The notes under the pieces were generated by a model. That model did not search any database. It saw only the letters and a list, made by a program, of their open reading frames with translations, and was not told the DNA's origin. Below, piece after piece: positions 23,080 to 35,424 of a stretch of 64,000 nucleotides of DNA. The position numbers and the translations under genes are program-made. Numbering within the stretch: position 1 is the stretch's first letter; each line of letters opens with the position of its first letter. The DNA comes from Dimorphilus gyrociliatus. Lineage: Eukaryota > Animalia > Annelida. The stretch spans positions 283,105 through 347,104 of the forward strand of contig CAJFCJ010000031.1 in NCBI GenBank assembly GCA_904063045.1. The letters run 5' to 3'.

Positions 23080-26000
23080 CTAGAAGACGGCTTCGGCGGA
23101 ACGAGTTAAATGAACTGGGTGTGAGGGACTACGGGCTAGTCTCTTCTTAGGCAAATGCTTTAATATTGCAAGTACTTCATTATAATTAGGCCGATTCGAT
23201 GGGTCAAACTTCCAACAACTCATTATTAAATCTTTTGCGTCTTTAGACGCATTTACGTGCGTTAGTGGTTGTTTTATTCCGTTTCCTGCTTGCCAGATTA
23301 TGGCTTCGGCTGGTTGTTTGTTAAAAGGCCATTCAGAGCAGACTAACTCATACCAAACGGTACTGTAAATAGAAACAAACATCTCCTCTGAAAAGGTGTA
23401 AAAAGAAATATTGAATTTGATTACTTACCCAAAGGCGAACATATCGGAAGCGAATGAAAAAGGCATATTAGGCGCTTTCGGTTGTTGACGTCCAACATAT
23501 AAGGATCTGAGCAATTCAGGAGCTAAATAACATAACCAGGAGGCGTCTCCTAAGCGCCTATTCTTATAAGTATTACATAATTTTGTTAAGCTGAGTAGTC
23601 CAAAATCCGAAATAACTATCTTATTGCCGACAATAAAGATATTCTTGCTTTTCAAGTCCTTATGTACAATTTGTTTTGCATGCAAATATCCCAGTCCCTG
23701 TATAATTTGGGTAGCGAATTGTATAGCTTTACTCATTTGTACTTTACTTTTACTCTCGTGAATACTTTTGTAAAGGGTATCCCCTTTACAATAACTCATC
23801 ACGATGGCGAGTCGAGGGGGTTTCATGCAAGCTCCTTGGAAGAGTACAAGATTATCATGACGGGTTTTTCTAAGTGTGGACACTTCCAACTTGAAGGCTC
23901 TTAATTGCTCATCTTCGTCTAGCTCTTTATCTATATCAAGTGCTTTAATGGCTACCTCTCCATGCCATTTCCCCTTCCAAACACTGCCGAATCGTCCTTC
24001 TCCAATCTTATCTCCCCAAATTAAATCTTCTATTGGAATGTCCCATTCTTTTAGAGCAACTGATATCTATATGTTAGAAATTAAATAAAAGATAAGACTT
24101 AACATACTAATATCAATAATCATCAATTTGAAATAGTAAATTTATCGAATACTGTTATTTTATCTGTTCTCTTTAATTGAAATAATAAAAAAACTTACAC
24201 TATTCACTCGACTGAGACCATGACCGGTTTCCTCTGAACTCTCAATCGAATCGAATCTCTCAATATTAGATGCTTTATCCGAGGCACTATCAATAAGTGT
24301 TACATCACTCTTATCGCTATCGTTCGATGTACAAGTATTAATAATGTCTTCGTTTTCATCAATACAATTTGAATTAGAATTTTCAGATACAGAATTAATT
24401 TGGTTAGAATGACCGGAATTGCTAAGAACCACCATGGTTGAAGCCTCATTTGTTACAGCTGAAACTGTTGTGCTACTTGACGAAGTGCTAGCAGTAGAAG
24501 GAGACGATGGCCTATAGTCCATCGGCTTTGAACGAAGTATCGCTTGATCTGGAAAAGAAAAAGCTTCGACTGACCCATTCTCGGAAGTTATATGCACTCT
24601 TGGCGATGGTTGGGCCGTCGAAGACGGAGTATTTGGTACGCTGGCGCTAGGCATAAATGTCGCGGGCGAGGAAGAAGAAGACGAATTGCACGAAGAAGCC
24701 ATGGAGACCGTTTCGGCCATTTGAACCGCTTCATTAGACATCGAAGGGTAACCCATGCGTCTTGAAACCGAAGGCGAATCCATACTACTATTTGTCTCAA
24801 GGAAAAAGTCAAGATACTGATCAGGTAGACCACAGGAACGAGGGGGTGTCTTTGCCGCGCACTCGCTATGAAATTTCTGTTTACAATGTTTGCATATTTT
24901 CCCAAGGGCTACCATCTTTCTTGAGCAATGATCGCAATTATCTCCCAAGAAGAACTTTTTTTGAAACCTGATAACGGTTATAAAATGAATATAAGATAAT
25001 CAACGACCACTTAATTAATCTTAAATTAACAATTCTGGAGGTGTTAAAAAAAAAAAAAAATAATAATGATAAAGATAAAAAAGTAAGATGTAGCAAAATA
25101 GAAAGAGAAGAGTGTGTTAAAATATTTGTTAACTAATCTTCCGTATCAATAAAAAGGATCTGACACCTGTCGCTTATTTAAACAAGATAAATCTTTACCA
25201 GTAATTCTTCTTTTTTCATCAGGCTCAACTGCAATAGGCTTAAAGAAAACGCAAACAACTGTCAACTGATACGATAAAAACTCGCTATATTAACAACCGC
25301 CGTAAACAATTATTAGTAATTAGCAATAAATGTACTTACATATGAGTGATTGAGTGCTTCATGCTCCTACGAGGTGTTACATTGATATTCTTTGGACTTG
25401 TAGGCGCAGGCAATTGGTTCTCTGCAATAAATAACAGATTATAATTGGTATTAATATATTATAAATAGATCTATTAAGTGTATTAATTCATATAGATATA
25501 AATATGCATCTCCCACATATTAAAAGACTTAAATATTGATTAAATATTGATCTTTCTAATCAAATCATGATGACAATTTATTTTTATTCTATAAAATGGT
25601 ATTGTCATAGAGTGATATTTCCAAGAGTAAGAGAGGGAGAAAAGAGTGAGATAGTATATAGTCTTTTCCAATTTCTTGATTATTAGATCTATTCCCTATA
25701 TTAGTTAGATTAGATGGTAATAAAAGTAATATCTAACCTGAAGCCATCCTTTGTAATGTTTCCGGGTCGCCTGCCGATCTTCTTCTCGGCGTTTGCGGAA
25801 TTTTACCGTTAATCGACAAGTTGGGCATTGGTTTTTGATTCTTTGACCGATTAGCTTCAGTGTCTAAATGGTGATTAGCCACGCGGGCTGCCAACTGCGA
25901 CTCGTAGCTTCTAGATATATGAAGTGGAGGTGGAAAATTGCCCTCAGTTGGATAAATTGTTAAACGTTTATGAGGTGGAGGAGTAGCATTCTTTGCCGTT

Positions 26001-26784
26001 TTATATCGGTTGGCCCAATGACTTGGAGAAGGGGACGGAGACACCGGTGTTGAATGAGAAGGAGTGGTTGAAGTAGTCCTGTAAAACGTATTGATTGGTT
26101 GCTTATTAAAATGCCATTCGGGTTGTTGTTGAGAAATGGTTCGATGGAGGCTAGCGGACGGTGGGGAAGATGACCAATACAAATCAGAGTCTGGTGAAGA
26201 GGTCTCATATCTTCTAAGTTTATTAAGAGCCATTATAAGCTGATCTGTATGCTTCTCACAATCAAAGTTAATTAATACATTTCGAATATCAGCATCTTCC
26301 ATACGTAACAGATTGTCCATATAATTAAAGTGCTTTGATAAATTTTCTGCCATCAATTCACTGAAACCAACTACCTTTAGCCATGTAGTTAATTGTGGAT
26401 ATTGACGTAATTCGCGGGGCATTTCGCTTTCAGGTACATCTTGTTTGGCTTTCAGTTGTAGTGCATAATTCTTAATCATTTTTGCCTAAGGGAGAAATAT
26501 ATTATAAATTTATACATTGTTTCTTCTTTTTTTTACATTATCGTGATCGACAATTATAATAAGTCGATTGCCTTTGAAAGAAACATTTTTTTTTTGTTAC
26601 AAACCTCCAATTCTTGTATTTCTATTAAGGCTGCGCTTTCAGTTTCGATCGTCATATCTCGCAATTTGATTACACCTTGAGCAGAGATATCTATGAGCCT
26701 TTGCATCTGCTGGCACTGTTCAATCGTCGTTTCCAAGCAACTTTTTTCCTTTTCTTCCTTCATATTTATACGTTCAGCATTCAT
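23080..26784 (-). CDS. KSR: Kinase suppressor of Ras (KSR scaffold/pseudokinase-like), 6 exons (about 26784-26608, 26489-25741, 25421-25327, 24967-24202, 24065-23437, 23365-23080)
   Basis: Domain order on the minus strand: coiled-coil plus SAM-like CA1 (..QYPQLTTWLKVVGFSELMAENLSK..), Pro/Ser-rich CA2, C1 zinc finger (H-M-F-x..FFLGDNCDHCSRKMVALGKICKHCKQKFHSEC), Ser/Thr-rich CA4, then the kinase domain (..GEGRFGSVWKGKWHGEVAIKALDID..VLFQGAC..IVHKDLKSKNIFIVGNKIVISDFGLLSL..WLCYLAPEL..FAFG|TVWYEL..KHLPK). The 'HKDLKSKN' loop and the overall architecture are KSR-specific rather than Raf-like. The subdomain-II lysine is retained (VAIK), as in invertebrate KSRs. Confidence 0.9.
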
Positions 26785-27833
26785 TTAAATTTCGTTATAA
26801 ACAAACAGTTAAAACAAGTTGATTTCTCCTTGTACGGTTATATATTTCCATTATCTTTTCTACGTCGTCGTCGTCGTTATCAACTGAGAAAACTCAACCG
26901 CCATATTAGCAATATTACCGGGTTGGTCTAAAAGACGGGCGGCGCAATAGCCAGCTAACGTTGTGACAAGAGCAGCTACTAGAGATCGTATTCCTGACGC
27001 TTTTTACATTTTCCTATTTCTATTATTAGTTGTAATGTTTTATCTTTAAAAGATAAATATACGTGTGTATTTGAAATGACAAAAATTGGGCTAACAAAGT
27101 CTGCAATACGATGCCTTATTGTTTTTCCGCAGTAAAGCTTTTAAGTTTAACTGCTGTTAGTTTATTCTTTTATGGTATCAATCATAAAAAAACCCCAGAT
27201 ATTTTCATATTATTAGGACTATTCTCAATATGCTTTGTTATTTTCCTTTTAAATAAATTGCACTTTCAGCCAAATTAAACAACCTTAGGATTAAATTGTA
27301 TTAAGACCAATAGATGGCTCTGGTTCATTGATTGTTCGATAGGAGTGTAATTAGTATGCAGAATATTTAATATATATTGTATATATATATACATTAACAT
27401 TAAAAAAACAAAAAATTATTATGACGCTTATAACTTATATTAACGTAAAGTAGGTTTTTCTTTACAGGTTTAAATCTGCATGACTTATGACTAGAAGATA
27501 AAAATAAAAAGGCTTTAACACGCATATACATATGTATATATATGTAAGAATCACAAATGTAGGCTCAAGGACTCACATATGGAATATATAAACAGCTTCT
27601 TAGCCGTATGAAGTTGTGTGTCACGTACAACATCTACAACGATTAACACGCACAATAATTAAATTTGTAAATATTCTTTGACTTAGTTTACATTTTACAG
27701 AAGAGAGAAGAGTTGATTGGGTCTAAAATATATATTCAGAAAGAATTATTCCTCTTTTCCTTGTTTGTTACTCTATATTCTCCTTATTTCCTTCACATTT
27801 TTACACCTCCAAATTTTATTTTCTTTATCTTGT

Positions 27834-30800
27834 TCATTTATTCTCTATTAATTCGTGCAATTTCCGAACAAGGTCACGAGCAATAGACAAAACTTCCTTG
27901 GCATTGTGCCTTTCAGCCATTTCTGTAAATAAAATAAGAAGGAAATAATGAAAGCTATATGCCTACGAAAAATTATTCTATTTTTTCCATCACGATCTGA
28001 AAAATAATAAAAACTTACCGTTAAAGAATTTTATAATATCTGTAAAGTCCATATTATTATCGAGTATAATACCCCTGTAAGTTTGAACTAGAGCCAAGGC
28101 AATAAATGAGACAAAATGTTTAGAGCTTATATGCGCTGCTGCCCAAATTGTTTCCCAAACGCTAAAAATATCTTCATAAACGAGTTCTATAGGAAAGATA
28201 ATAAAATAAGAACATTAATTATCTTTGTTATATGATTATAAACGAAATTTATTAAATAGATTCTAAAATCGAAATATAATGTAACTAACCCCTTTTGAAG
28301 TCTAATAGAAACCATCTGTAGCAGAAGTAAAAGTGGGTATAATCACCATTATGATGCATGTGTTCGAAAAGTTCGGAATCTAAAATCTGTTAGGAAGATT
28401 TAAACTTGCTCTATAAGAGGGAAGATGTTCGTTTTTTTTTTTAAAATAAATAATTACCTGTATAAGGGAACGCATATTAGCGAGATGTTGATCCATTGCA
28501 ATTCCATGAGGGAAATTTGCAGACATTCTCTTCATTAGTTCGCAAAAGCAACTATATGTTAGTTCTTCATCGTCTAGCACAACAAGAAGAGGTGCTACCA
28601 AATCGCACATTCCCTGAACGTAACCCACGTCTAAACGCTCCCATACATATGTACACATAATATTACGCAGCTTATCTAAATTGACAGATGTTGAAAAATA
28701 GGGATAGTTTCTGTCGCAACGTTGTACATCCTTATCTATTCGATGCCAATTAAGAGCAACATTTTCCAACATAGCTCCTGAATAAACACCACCATTTGAC
28801 GCTGGTGACGTAGGTGTAGAGTGTGGAGTTTGGGTAGCAGGCGGCAGTAATGGGGGTGGTGAACCTAATGAAGTAGGCCGATCTACAGACATCTCAGATT
28901 CAGGACACTCAACCAGCGGTGATTGCTTAGAAGCACCAGTTGATGGTTCCGCGTCATCAACACTTTCAAACACGTCATTCGACAAGCTGGAATCATTCCT
29001 GACTAGAGTCAACGAATCATTTATATGTGGGTTTGCCAATTTGGCCATGCTAGCTGCCATTAACTCTTTATCTCGTTGGCGAACAATAGCCTCAACGGCT
29101 AACCATTGTGACATTACATTTTCGTAATGATCTTTCATTTGTCTATCTCTCTCTTTTCTCTCTTCTCGACTAGATCCAGGTGAATAATGCTCAAGTAAAT
29201 ATGGCCATACCTCCTTCCTAATATTGTGATCGCAACCGCCGTAATAAATTAACTTATGAATGTCATGTATGTTCTCCTCGGGAATGCCATTTCCATCTAA
29301 ACAGGCCAATCTCTTCCAATTCTCTTCTGATAGATGGCCATTTTCATCCGACCCTACTAATATTGGATTGACAAGACCAGTTAAATGTGTTCGAACCGTT
29401 TTTAAATGCCTGCAATGAGCCAACCATCCGTAAAAGGCTCTCGATATTATCTGTTTTTTCATTGTATCGCAGAGCTGTTTGACAGCTTCCTCATGCTGCT
29501 GTTGTTGTTCCTTTTGCTTTTGTAAGATTTCACTATCGCTAAGAGTACCATCACTAGATACACTCCACCATTTACCATCACTGTGTTGTCTACTATTTGG
29601 TGGAGGGAAAGGGAATGCGGTTGAATGCGACAATTTTGGTTTTGTTTCAAGTAGGTCAGCAGCTGTTAGGTGAACATTACAAAACAAACTATAAATAACG
29701 AAATAACCGTCAATTTTTTTGCTAAATTAGAGCGCAAAGGGGGGAAATACATTAAAAAGTATATAATTTAACTTTCGATCAATACTTACTACTACAAATA
29801 GGCCTTGACGTAGAGACAATTCTGAAAACATAATCCGTTGATTCGTCATCTTGTGATTGAAAGTCTTCACATATTGAAAGTGGAGAATTACGACTTGCTT
29901 TACGTTTCATTTTAGGGAACACTTTACCTATGAAATATATTCCTTGTTAAACATCTTCGCTAAAATACTAAATTTCATTATGCCTACTGACTATATACTA
30001 CAGTATAATAATCTTACCTTTACCTCTTTGTGACCATAATGGTGGATCTAATCTGCCGTTCGGTAGTAAACCATTTTCAAGACAAGAAAGAAATGCCAAT
30101 AAATGACCACCTTTGGGAAAATGGATAGGAGGCCTTTGCACTCCATCTTGTCCAACTAAGACAATTGTTCCTCCAGTATCCTCTGATTCAGTATAAAAAG
30201 TACTTTTAATAATATACAGTACAGAACAATCAACTCTTATAACAACTTACGCTTTTGATGGCAATGTAGATAGACAATATCATCTACAAATATATTCACA
30301 GCATAGTCCCAAAGGACGCTGTTATTTCGTTCAGCATCATCGGTAGAATTTCCGTTTTCTTTATGATTACCATTTGTGGAATTGGCTGTTGCCATTGTCC
30401 CACATCCGTTCATTAATTGATTCGGAGTCCATTTTATGCATAGACCATCACCCGACTGATGGAGAGACAAATATCCAGGTAGCTTTTCATTTTCAACCTT
30501 CTAAAAGATACTCATGATACAACTATTCCCAAAAATAATCGATAAAAATCTTTTTTTTTTTTTTTTTTTTTTTTTTAATACAAAAAATGAATCTAATTAC
30601 CGCTTGAACGTATACATTATTCTTCCCGTAGAGCAATGTTGATTTGGAATTTTGATGAAGGCTTTCGACGTAGTCTTTCGCGGATAATGGAACGCTCCGC
30701 ATACTCTCTTCGCTACTTGAACTTGTGTTTCTGCGTACATGTAAACTTGGACGCTTAGGGGAGTCTTGTTTACTTAAATGCTTAGGCTTAACAGCATTGG

Positions 30801-31578
30801 AGTGTATTCGGTGACGCTGAACTAATTCATCAGCTGGTGGATCGGTCCAGTAATGATCTGGAGTTTTCATCTTTGTATAATCAAGGGCACAAGGTCCCAC
30901 CAACAGTGATCCGACAATTGGGCCGTCAACTGGATTAGCCATAAGAGCATCCTTCTCATAATATTTGCTAACAGGTATAAACAGGAATTAAATATACTAA
31001 TGCAGGATGTTTAATAAAGCCGTATTGTTACCTATTATTCTCTGATAAATGGGAAACAATCTTTGCTAATTGCTTCTCGAACAAAGCAATACGAATCCAT
31101 AAATACTTCACTGGATTAGCTGCTTGATTGCGACCTTGCATCAATGATCGATTATTTGATTTCCTGTTTATAAATATAAATGAATGATGCCCATATATTG
31201 AGTGGAAAGTTATAAATAATTTAATAAATATATTTAACCTACCCGCTTTCGTATTCTGCCAATGCTTTTGAAACGATTGTAGCAGGTTCGAATGTCCGAC
31301 TTAATTTGGAGAGAAGCGCTTGTGTATTAGAACTATTCTTGAATAAACCTAAGGCACGCTTCCGAAGTCCTTGTTGGATACAAACTTCAACAGCACCACA
31401 TAACGATGTAATAGAACTGCTTTCTTCATGCACGAACTTTCTGGTTACAGCTTCCTCCATAATTTGTTTAACCTTATGTAACGAAAATTCTAATGCAATC
31501 GAACGCATATCTTGCAAATGCTTACGGTCTTACCTCTTTCTTCACGTTAGCAAGGAGTCTTTTGTGGATTTCCTCCAT
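27834..31578 (-). CDS. SGSM: Small G-protein signalling modulator (SGSM1/2-type RUN + TBC RabGAP), multi-exon (at least 9 exons)
   Basis: N-terminus [15 protein letters not shown]|[44 protein letters not shown] (RUN domain; compare human SGSM1 ..[47 protein letters not shown]). A middle exon reads ..[21 protein letters not shown]... TBC domain: ..[143 protein letters not shown] / [84 protein letters not shown] (compare SGSM1 ..[23 protein letters not shown]). Confidence 0.85.
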
Positions 31579-32077
31579 TTGTTCTGTTGTATCTACAAAA
31601 ATAAATAATTGTTCGAAAGCAAATTAGATGAAGACCATTAATTTCATACCAGTCATTTCCCCTTTAATCGCTAATCAATCGTCAAAGATATAATCAGTTA
31701 ATTGGTTAAATTATTTAATAATAAAAAGCTAAGTTTGGTTCATTTTGGGAACATTCTGCGCCGCCATCTGTTCGTTTACTACAGACGACACAAATTTTCA
31801 TAATCTTGTAGGAAACAGCAGGATTGATCGATATAAAAATCAAGACCGCAGCAATTAGACTGGTTCTAGATACTAAATTAACCCAACCAGCCCAATTCTA
31901 TGAATCGTCTGCTCGAATTTACTACTGGGTAGAGTTTGTAAAATTAAGTTTGTATTTCTATGGATTCCTACACTTTGAAAGATATAACAACTGAAAAAGA
32001 AGTATTTCTCATCAAAGAGATAGCTATTAGTCAATTTGTGAGATCGATTAACTCCTTCACACTTAAATAAACAACTA

Positions 32078-33523
32078 TTGGTGAGCGGTAAAATGTTAAG
32101 ACATCGATGGCGGGCTTTATTATTTTGTACGATTATTCTTTTTGTTTACTTAATTTGGCTAAAAAAGAAAAATCAGGAACAAATAATAACACAACCTCCA
32201 AACACAGTGACAATTACCGAATTTTTAAGTTCTAAAAGTAATAATAATCTAATTGATAATGAAATGGTAGCAGAAGACGATTTAAATCGTTTTAGAAATC
32301 ATCTCAAGTCTCATTTTAAAACAAACTCTACAATTATAATGACAATCGTTAACGAAGGCTACGAATCAATGCTGAAAAACTTTTATAAAACCTCAATCTT
32401 ACCTTTTAAATTTCAGCAAGTTTTATTTATTTGCTTATCTAAAAGTATTACTATTAGATGGAGTTTCATTCAACATTCCTGTTTTTTTCTGCCACCAAAC
32501 AACAATTTAAATGGTGCTGGTAATTTTGGTACAAATGTTTATTATTCAATTACAAACTTGAAATCTTTGCTTGTATTGGAAACTTTAAAAGGAGGATATA
32601 GTCTTTTATTCACCGACTTAGATGTTATCATCTTTAAAGATCCATTTCCTTATTTTACGTGTACAAAGTGTGATATCCATATGCAAATGGATCGTGTTCA
32701 ACACAATACAGGATTTATGTATATAAAACCAACAAAAGCCAGTATAAACTTTTTCAAAGAACTATGGTCTAATTTTAAGTTGAGTAAGAGAATGTCACAT
32801 GATCAAGGCTACTTCAATGAACTTCTTGAGATAAGAAAGCTTAGAAATCAAAGTCACCTTATCAAAATCAATAAGCTTCCTGTCAAATATTTTACTTGTG
32901 GTACTTATTATTTCAACGAAGATAATAGACAATTCGGAGTTCCTGGTTCGAAAGATACCGTTGTTGTTCATAATAACTATATTGGTTCGATTGCCGCAAA
33001 AATTTATAGATTTAAAGAAAACTTTCTGTGGAGTTTGGATACCAGTGGTTATTACTCATCCAGAGTAACTAAATACATATCATATGGTAATTCTATTGAC
33101 TTTCAAGAAAATAATTATCTAAAAGAAATACAAGCCTTAAAGAATGCAATGAAAATTGGGCAATTATCTAAAAGAGTAGTAATTCTACCAAAGTTTACTT
33201 GCTGCGCCTGTAAAAAACAGAGAAAATCATGCTCAAATTTTTCAACAAAATGCTCATTATTATCAGTGTTGAATATTGACGCTTTTGATAAGAAATTTGC
33301 CAACCTGTATAGGGAAAGTACTTTCATTCATAATCCTCTAACCAGAAAATTTGATAAGAGTGATATCATAAATCTTAGTCATGATCAGATGTTCGAAATA
33401 TCAAAATATTATAATTATAGTATTGTTCATTTTGATCATCTCTATGGAAAGTTTGACAATTATAATTATACTGATAATCATTTTAAATGCGATAACTACG
33501 AACAGTGGAATCAGAATTTGTAA
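32078..33523 (+). CDS. Type-II membrane glycosyltransferase, Nucleotid_trans (PF03407 / GT77-like) domain, single 481-aa exon
   Basis: N-terminal signal anchor (..ALLFCTIILFVYLIWL). The catalytic region carries the family hallmarks in order: ..IIMTIVNEGYESMLKNF..GYSLLFTDLDVIIFKDPFPYF (DxD) ..NTGFMYIKPT..FFKELW..HDQGYFNELL..VKYFTCGTYYF..VVVHNNYIGSIAAKIYRFKE. These match the PF03407 consensus elements (fsDvDvvwlrnP / N.Gf.yvr / dQ..fN / F..g / vvHaN...K..r.k). The product is N-glycosylation-site-rich (many N-x-S/T). No introns. Confidence 0.75.
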   Translation: MVSGKMLRHRWRALLFCTIILFVYLIWLKKKNQEQIITQPPNTVTITEFLSSKSNNNLIDNEMVAEDDLNRFRNHLKSHFKTNSTIIMTIVNEGYESMLKNFYKTSILPFKFQQVLFICLSKSITIRWSFIQHSCFFLPPNNNLNGAGNFGTNVYYSITNLKSLLVLETLKGGYSLLFTDLDVIIFKDPFPYFTCTKCDIHMQMDRVQHNTGFMYIKPTKASINFFKELWSNFKLSKRMSHDQGYFNELLEIRKLRNQSHLIKINKLPVKYFTCGTYYFNEDNRQFGVPGSKDTVVVHNNYIGSIAAKIYRFKENFLWSLDTSGYYSSRVTKYISYGNSIDFQENNYLKEIQALKNAMKIGQLSKRVVILPKFTCCACKKQRKSCSNFSTKCSLLSVLNIDAFDKKFANLYRESTFIHNPLTRKFDKSDIINLSHDQMFEISKYYNYSIVHFDHLYGKFDNYNYTDNHFKCDNYEQWNQNL

Positions 33524-34069
33524 CTGGTCTTAACATTTTTAATATATTTTCATTAATTTTTATAAATAGCAAATAGTTTTTTTATCTTTCAATATTTGAA
33601 CGAGTATTGTAACAACAACAGATTAAATCCTTACCTTTAACGAACATTTCATGATCCGTAAAAAATACAAAAATAATAAATTTCATGTTGGTTTATCAAG
33701 GTTTTGAGGTAAACGAATTAAATTTAACGGGTGAACCCAAAATTCGTTAAATTCTTTTTAATATTAAATGATATGAAATAAATGACAATCCGAACAAAAA
33801 CAAACAAGAGATTGCTTCGGAACTTGTTTGCTATTTGCAAGACTTTAATAGCACCGGTATCCCTTCCTATCAAATGCATATGCTTCAAAATTCATTAATT
33901 TACTTCTGATGTATCACCATTTTGAGGTACTGATATAACCTCACATGCTCGCATGTTACGTAATTGTTTTCTATGCTCTTTCTCCATATGATACTCATTC
34001 ACCGGTAATTCCTTACACTATTGAAATGAAATGTCGAAAATATAATAATGAAAATAAAACTATTTTACA

Positions 34070-35424
34070 TGATTAAACCTGTTGAATTAAATAATCTTCC
34101 TTCAGGACTTTGGCAGGTGGGGATCTTAGTTTGGAGAGAATATCGAATTTATTGGTACACGCTTTTAAAACATCATTGGGTAAACACTCCTTTATAAGTA
34201 CTAAAGCAACTCGAAACAAAACTTTAACGCCTTCGCAAAAGAACATATCCCAAATACGTTCACAAGTTGGCCAAGGGAAAGTTCTAGTAAAAAGGCACAT
34301 AAACCATTCAATCATAAATTCTGCAGGTCTCACATCCATTGCCTTCTGTTAGTTGTTAATTAAAACAAAGAGATTGTAATTATCTTAAATAAAATATATT
34401 TGATAATGCGACGTACCATTTTTTTGGACGCTTTCGGATGTACATATTTAATGAGATTCATAAGGATTTCTGCGTCGAGACGTAGAGTTCGTAAACCATC
34501 GTCGAAATAACCACAAATGTATTGGTCGCAAATTCGAATAAGTGTCCAAAATGCCTCATGCTCTGGCATATGCATTAAAAGGAAAGCAGCAACTGGTCCT
34601 TGGCCTTGACAATAGCCAGTTCTGGGACGAGCATTAGTAAAAGCGATGAGGACATTTGCCAAACTTTCTTGGCCTAGATTGCTCTTGCCATTTTCATAGA
34701 ACAGTTTATTATTAGGAAACTGTCGTCCAACATCTTGTTTTATTTCCATTACGACTTCAGGATTAGTATTGGCCGTGAGATAGTGCTAGAACAAGAAAAT
34801 TGACTGTAAGATAGACTTCAAATTTCATTGGATAACAAAGGAAAATAACGCACATTATACATCTTATAAGCTGCATCTTTGTCTTCCTTATAACTCTCAA
34901 AGTTTTCTTCAGTACCAAAACGAATACGAATAGATTCATTATCACTTTTACATAAATGTTGCCAGGCTCTTGCTCGTAGTGAGAACGGTATACCTTTACG
35001 GCATCTTTTTCGAATCTGTTATGACATGCTTAGTTGTAAATTATATCATAAACCAAATAAGTCATACATACCAAAGGGAAACGACGCTCAATTGTTCTAT
35101 CCCATTTACCAATCATCTTTAGCCATTTATTTTCCCGCTTACGTAATTTCTTAGTATCTTTAATTGATCTGAAAAGTTTGCAGAATTAAATATTGAATAT
35201 TTACAAAGTTATTAAATAAGCATTTGAAGTATATCTTCTGCTTGGTTGAAAATCTTGTTAATATCTCGATAGAACTGAAACAGAGTTACAGACATTGATG
35301 CTTACATTTGTCGATGATGATACTGTGAACAATCTGATCGAAAGCCCAACATGTCATGATGAGTCTCAGATGGAGCTGGAGGTTCCTCTTCCATGCAAAA
35401 CGAATTTCCATTTGGTGTTGTCAT
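34070..35424 (-). CDS. TBC1D10: TBC1D10 (EPI64)-family Rab GTPase-activating protein, 5 exons (about 35424-35320, 35167-35079, 35017-34850, 34770-34410, 34356-34070)
   Basis: MTTPNGNSFCMEEEPPAPSETHHDMLGFRSDCSQYHHRQ|ISIKDTKKLRKRENKWLKMIGKWDRTIERRFPL|..RKGIPFSLRARAWQHLC..|..QDVGRQFPNNKLF..GYCQGQGPVAAFLLMHMPEHEAFWTLIRICDQYICGYFDDGLRTLRLDAEILMNLIKYV..|..EFMIEWFMCLFTRTFPWPTCERIWDMFFCEGVKVLFRVALVLIKE... Compare human TBC1D10A ([62 protein letters not shown]). Confidence 0.85.

Noticed and set aside
24588-24971. 105-aa minus-strand and 69-aa plus-strand ORFs inside the KSR locus
   Set aside because: They are alternative-frame or antisense readings of the KSR C1/Ser-Thr-rich exon. The in-frame KSR reading has the C1 zinc-finger cysteine/histidine pattern.
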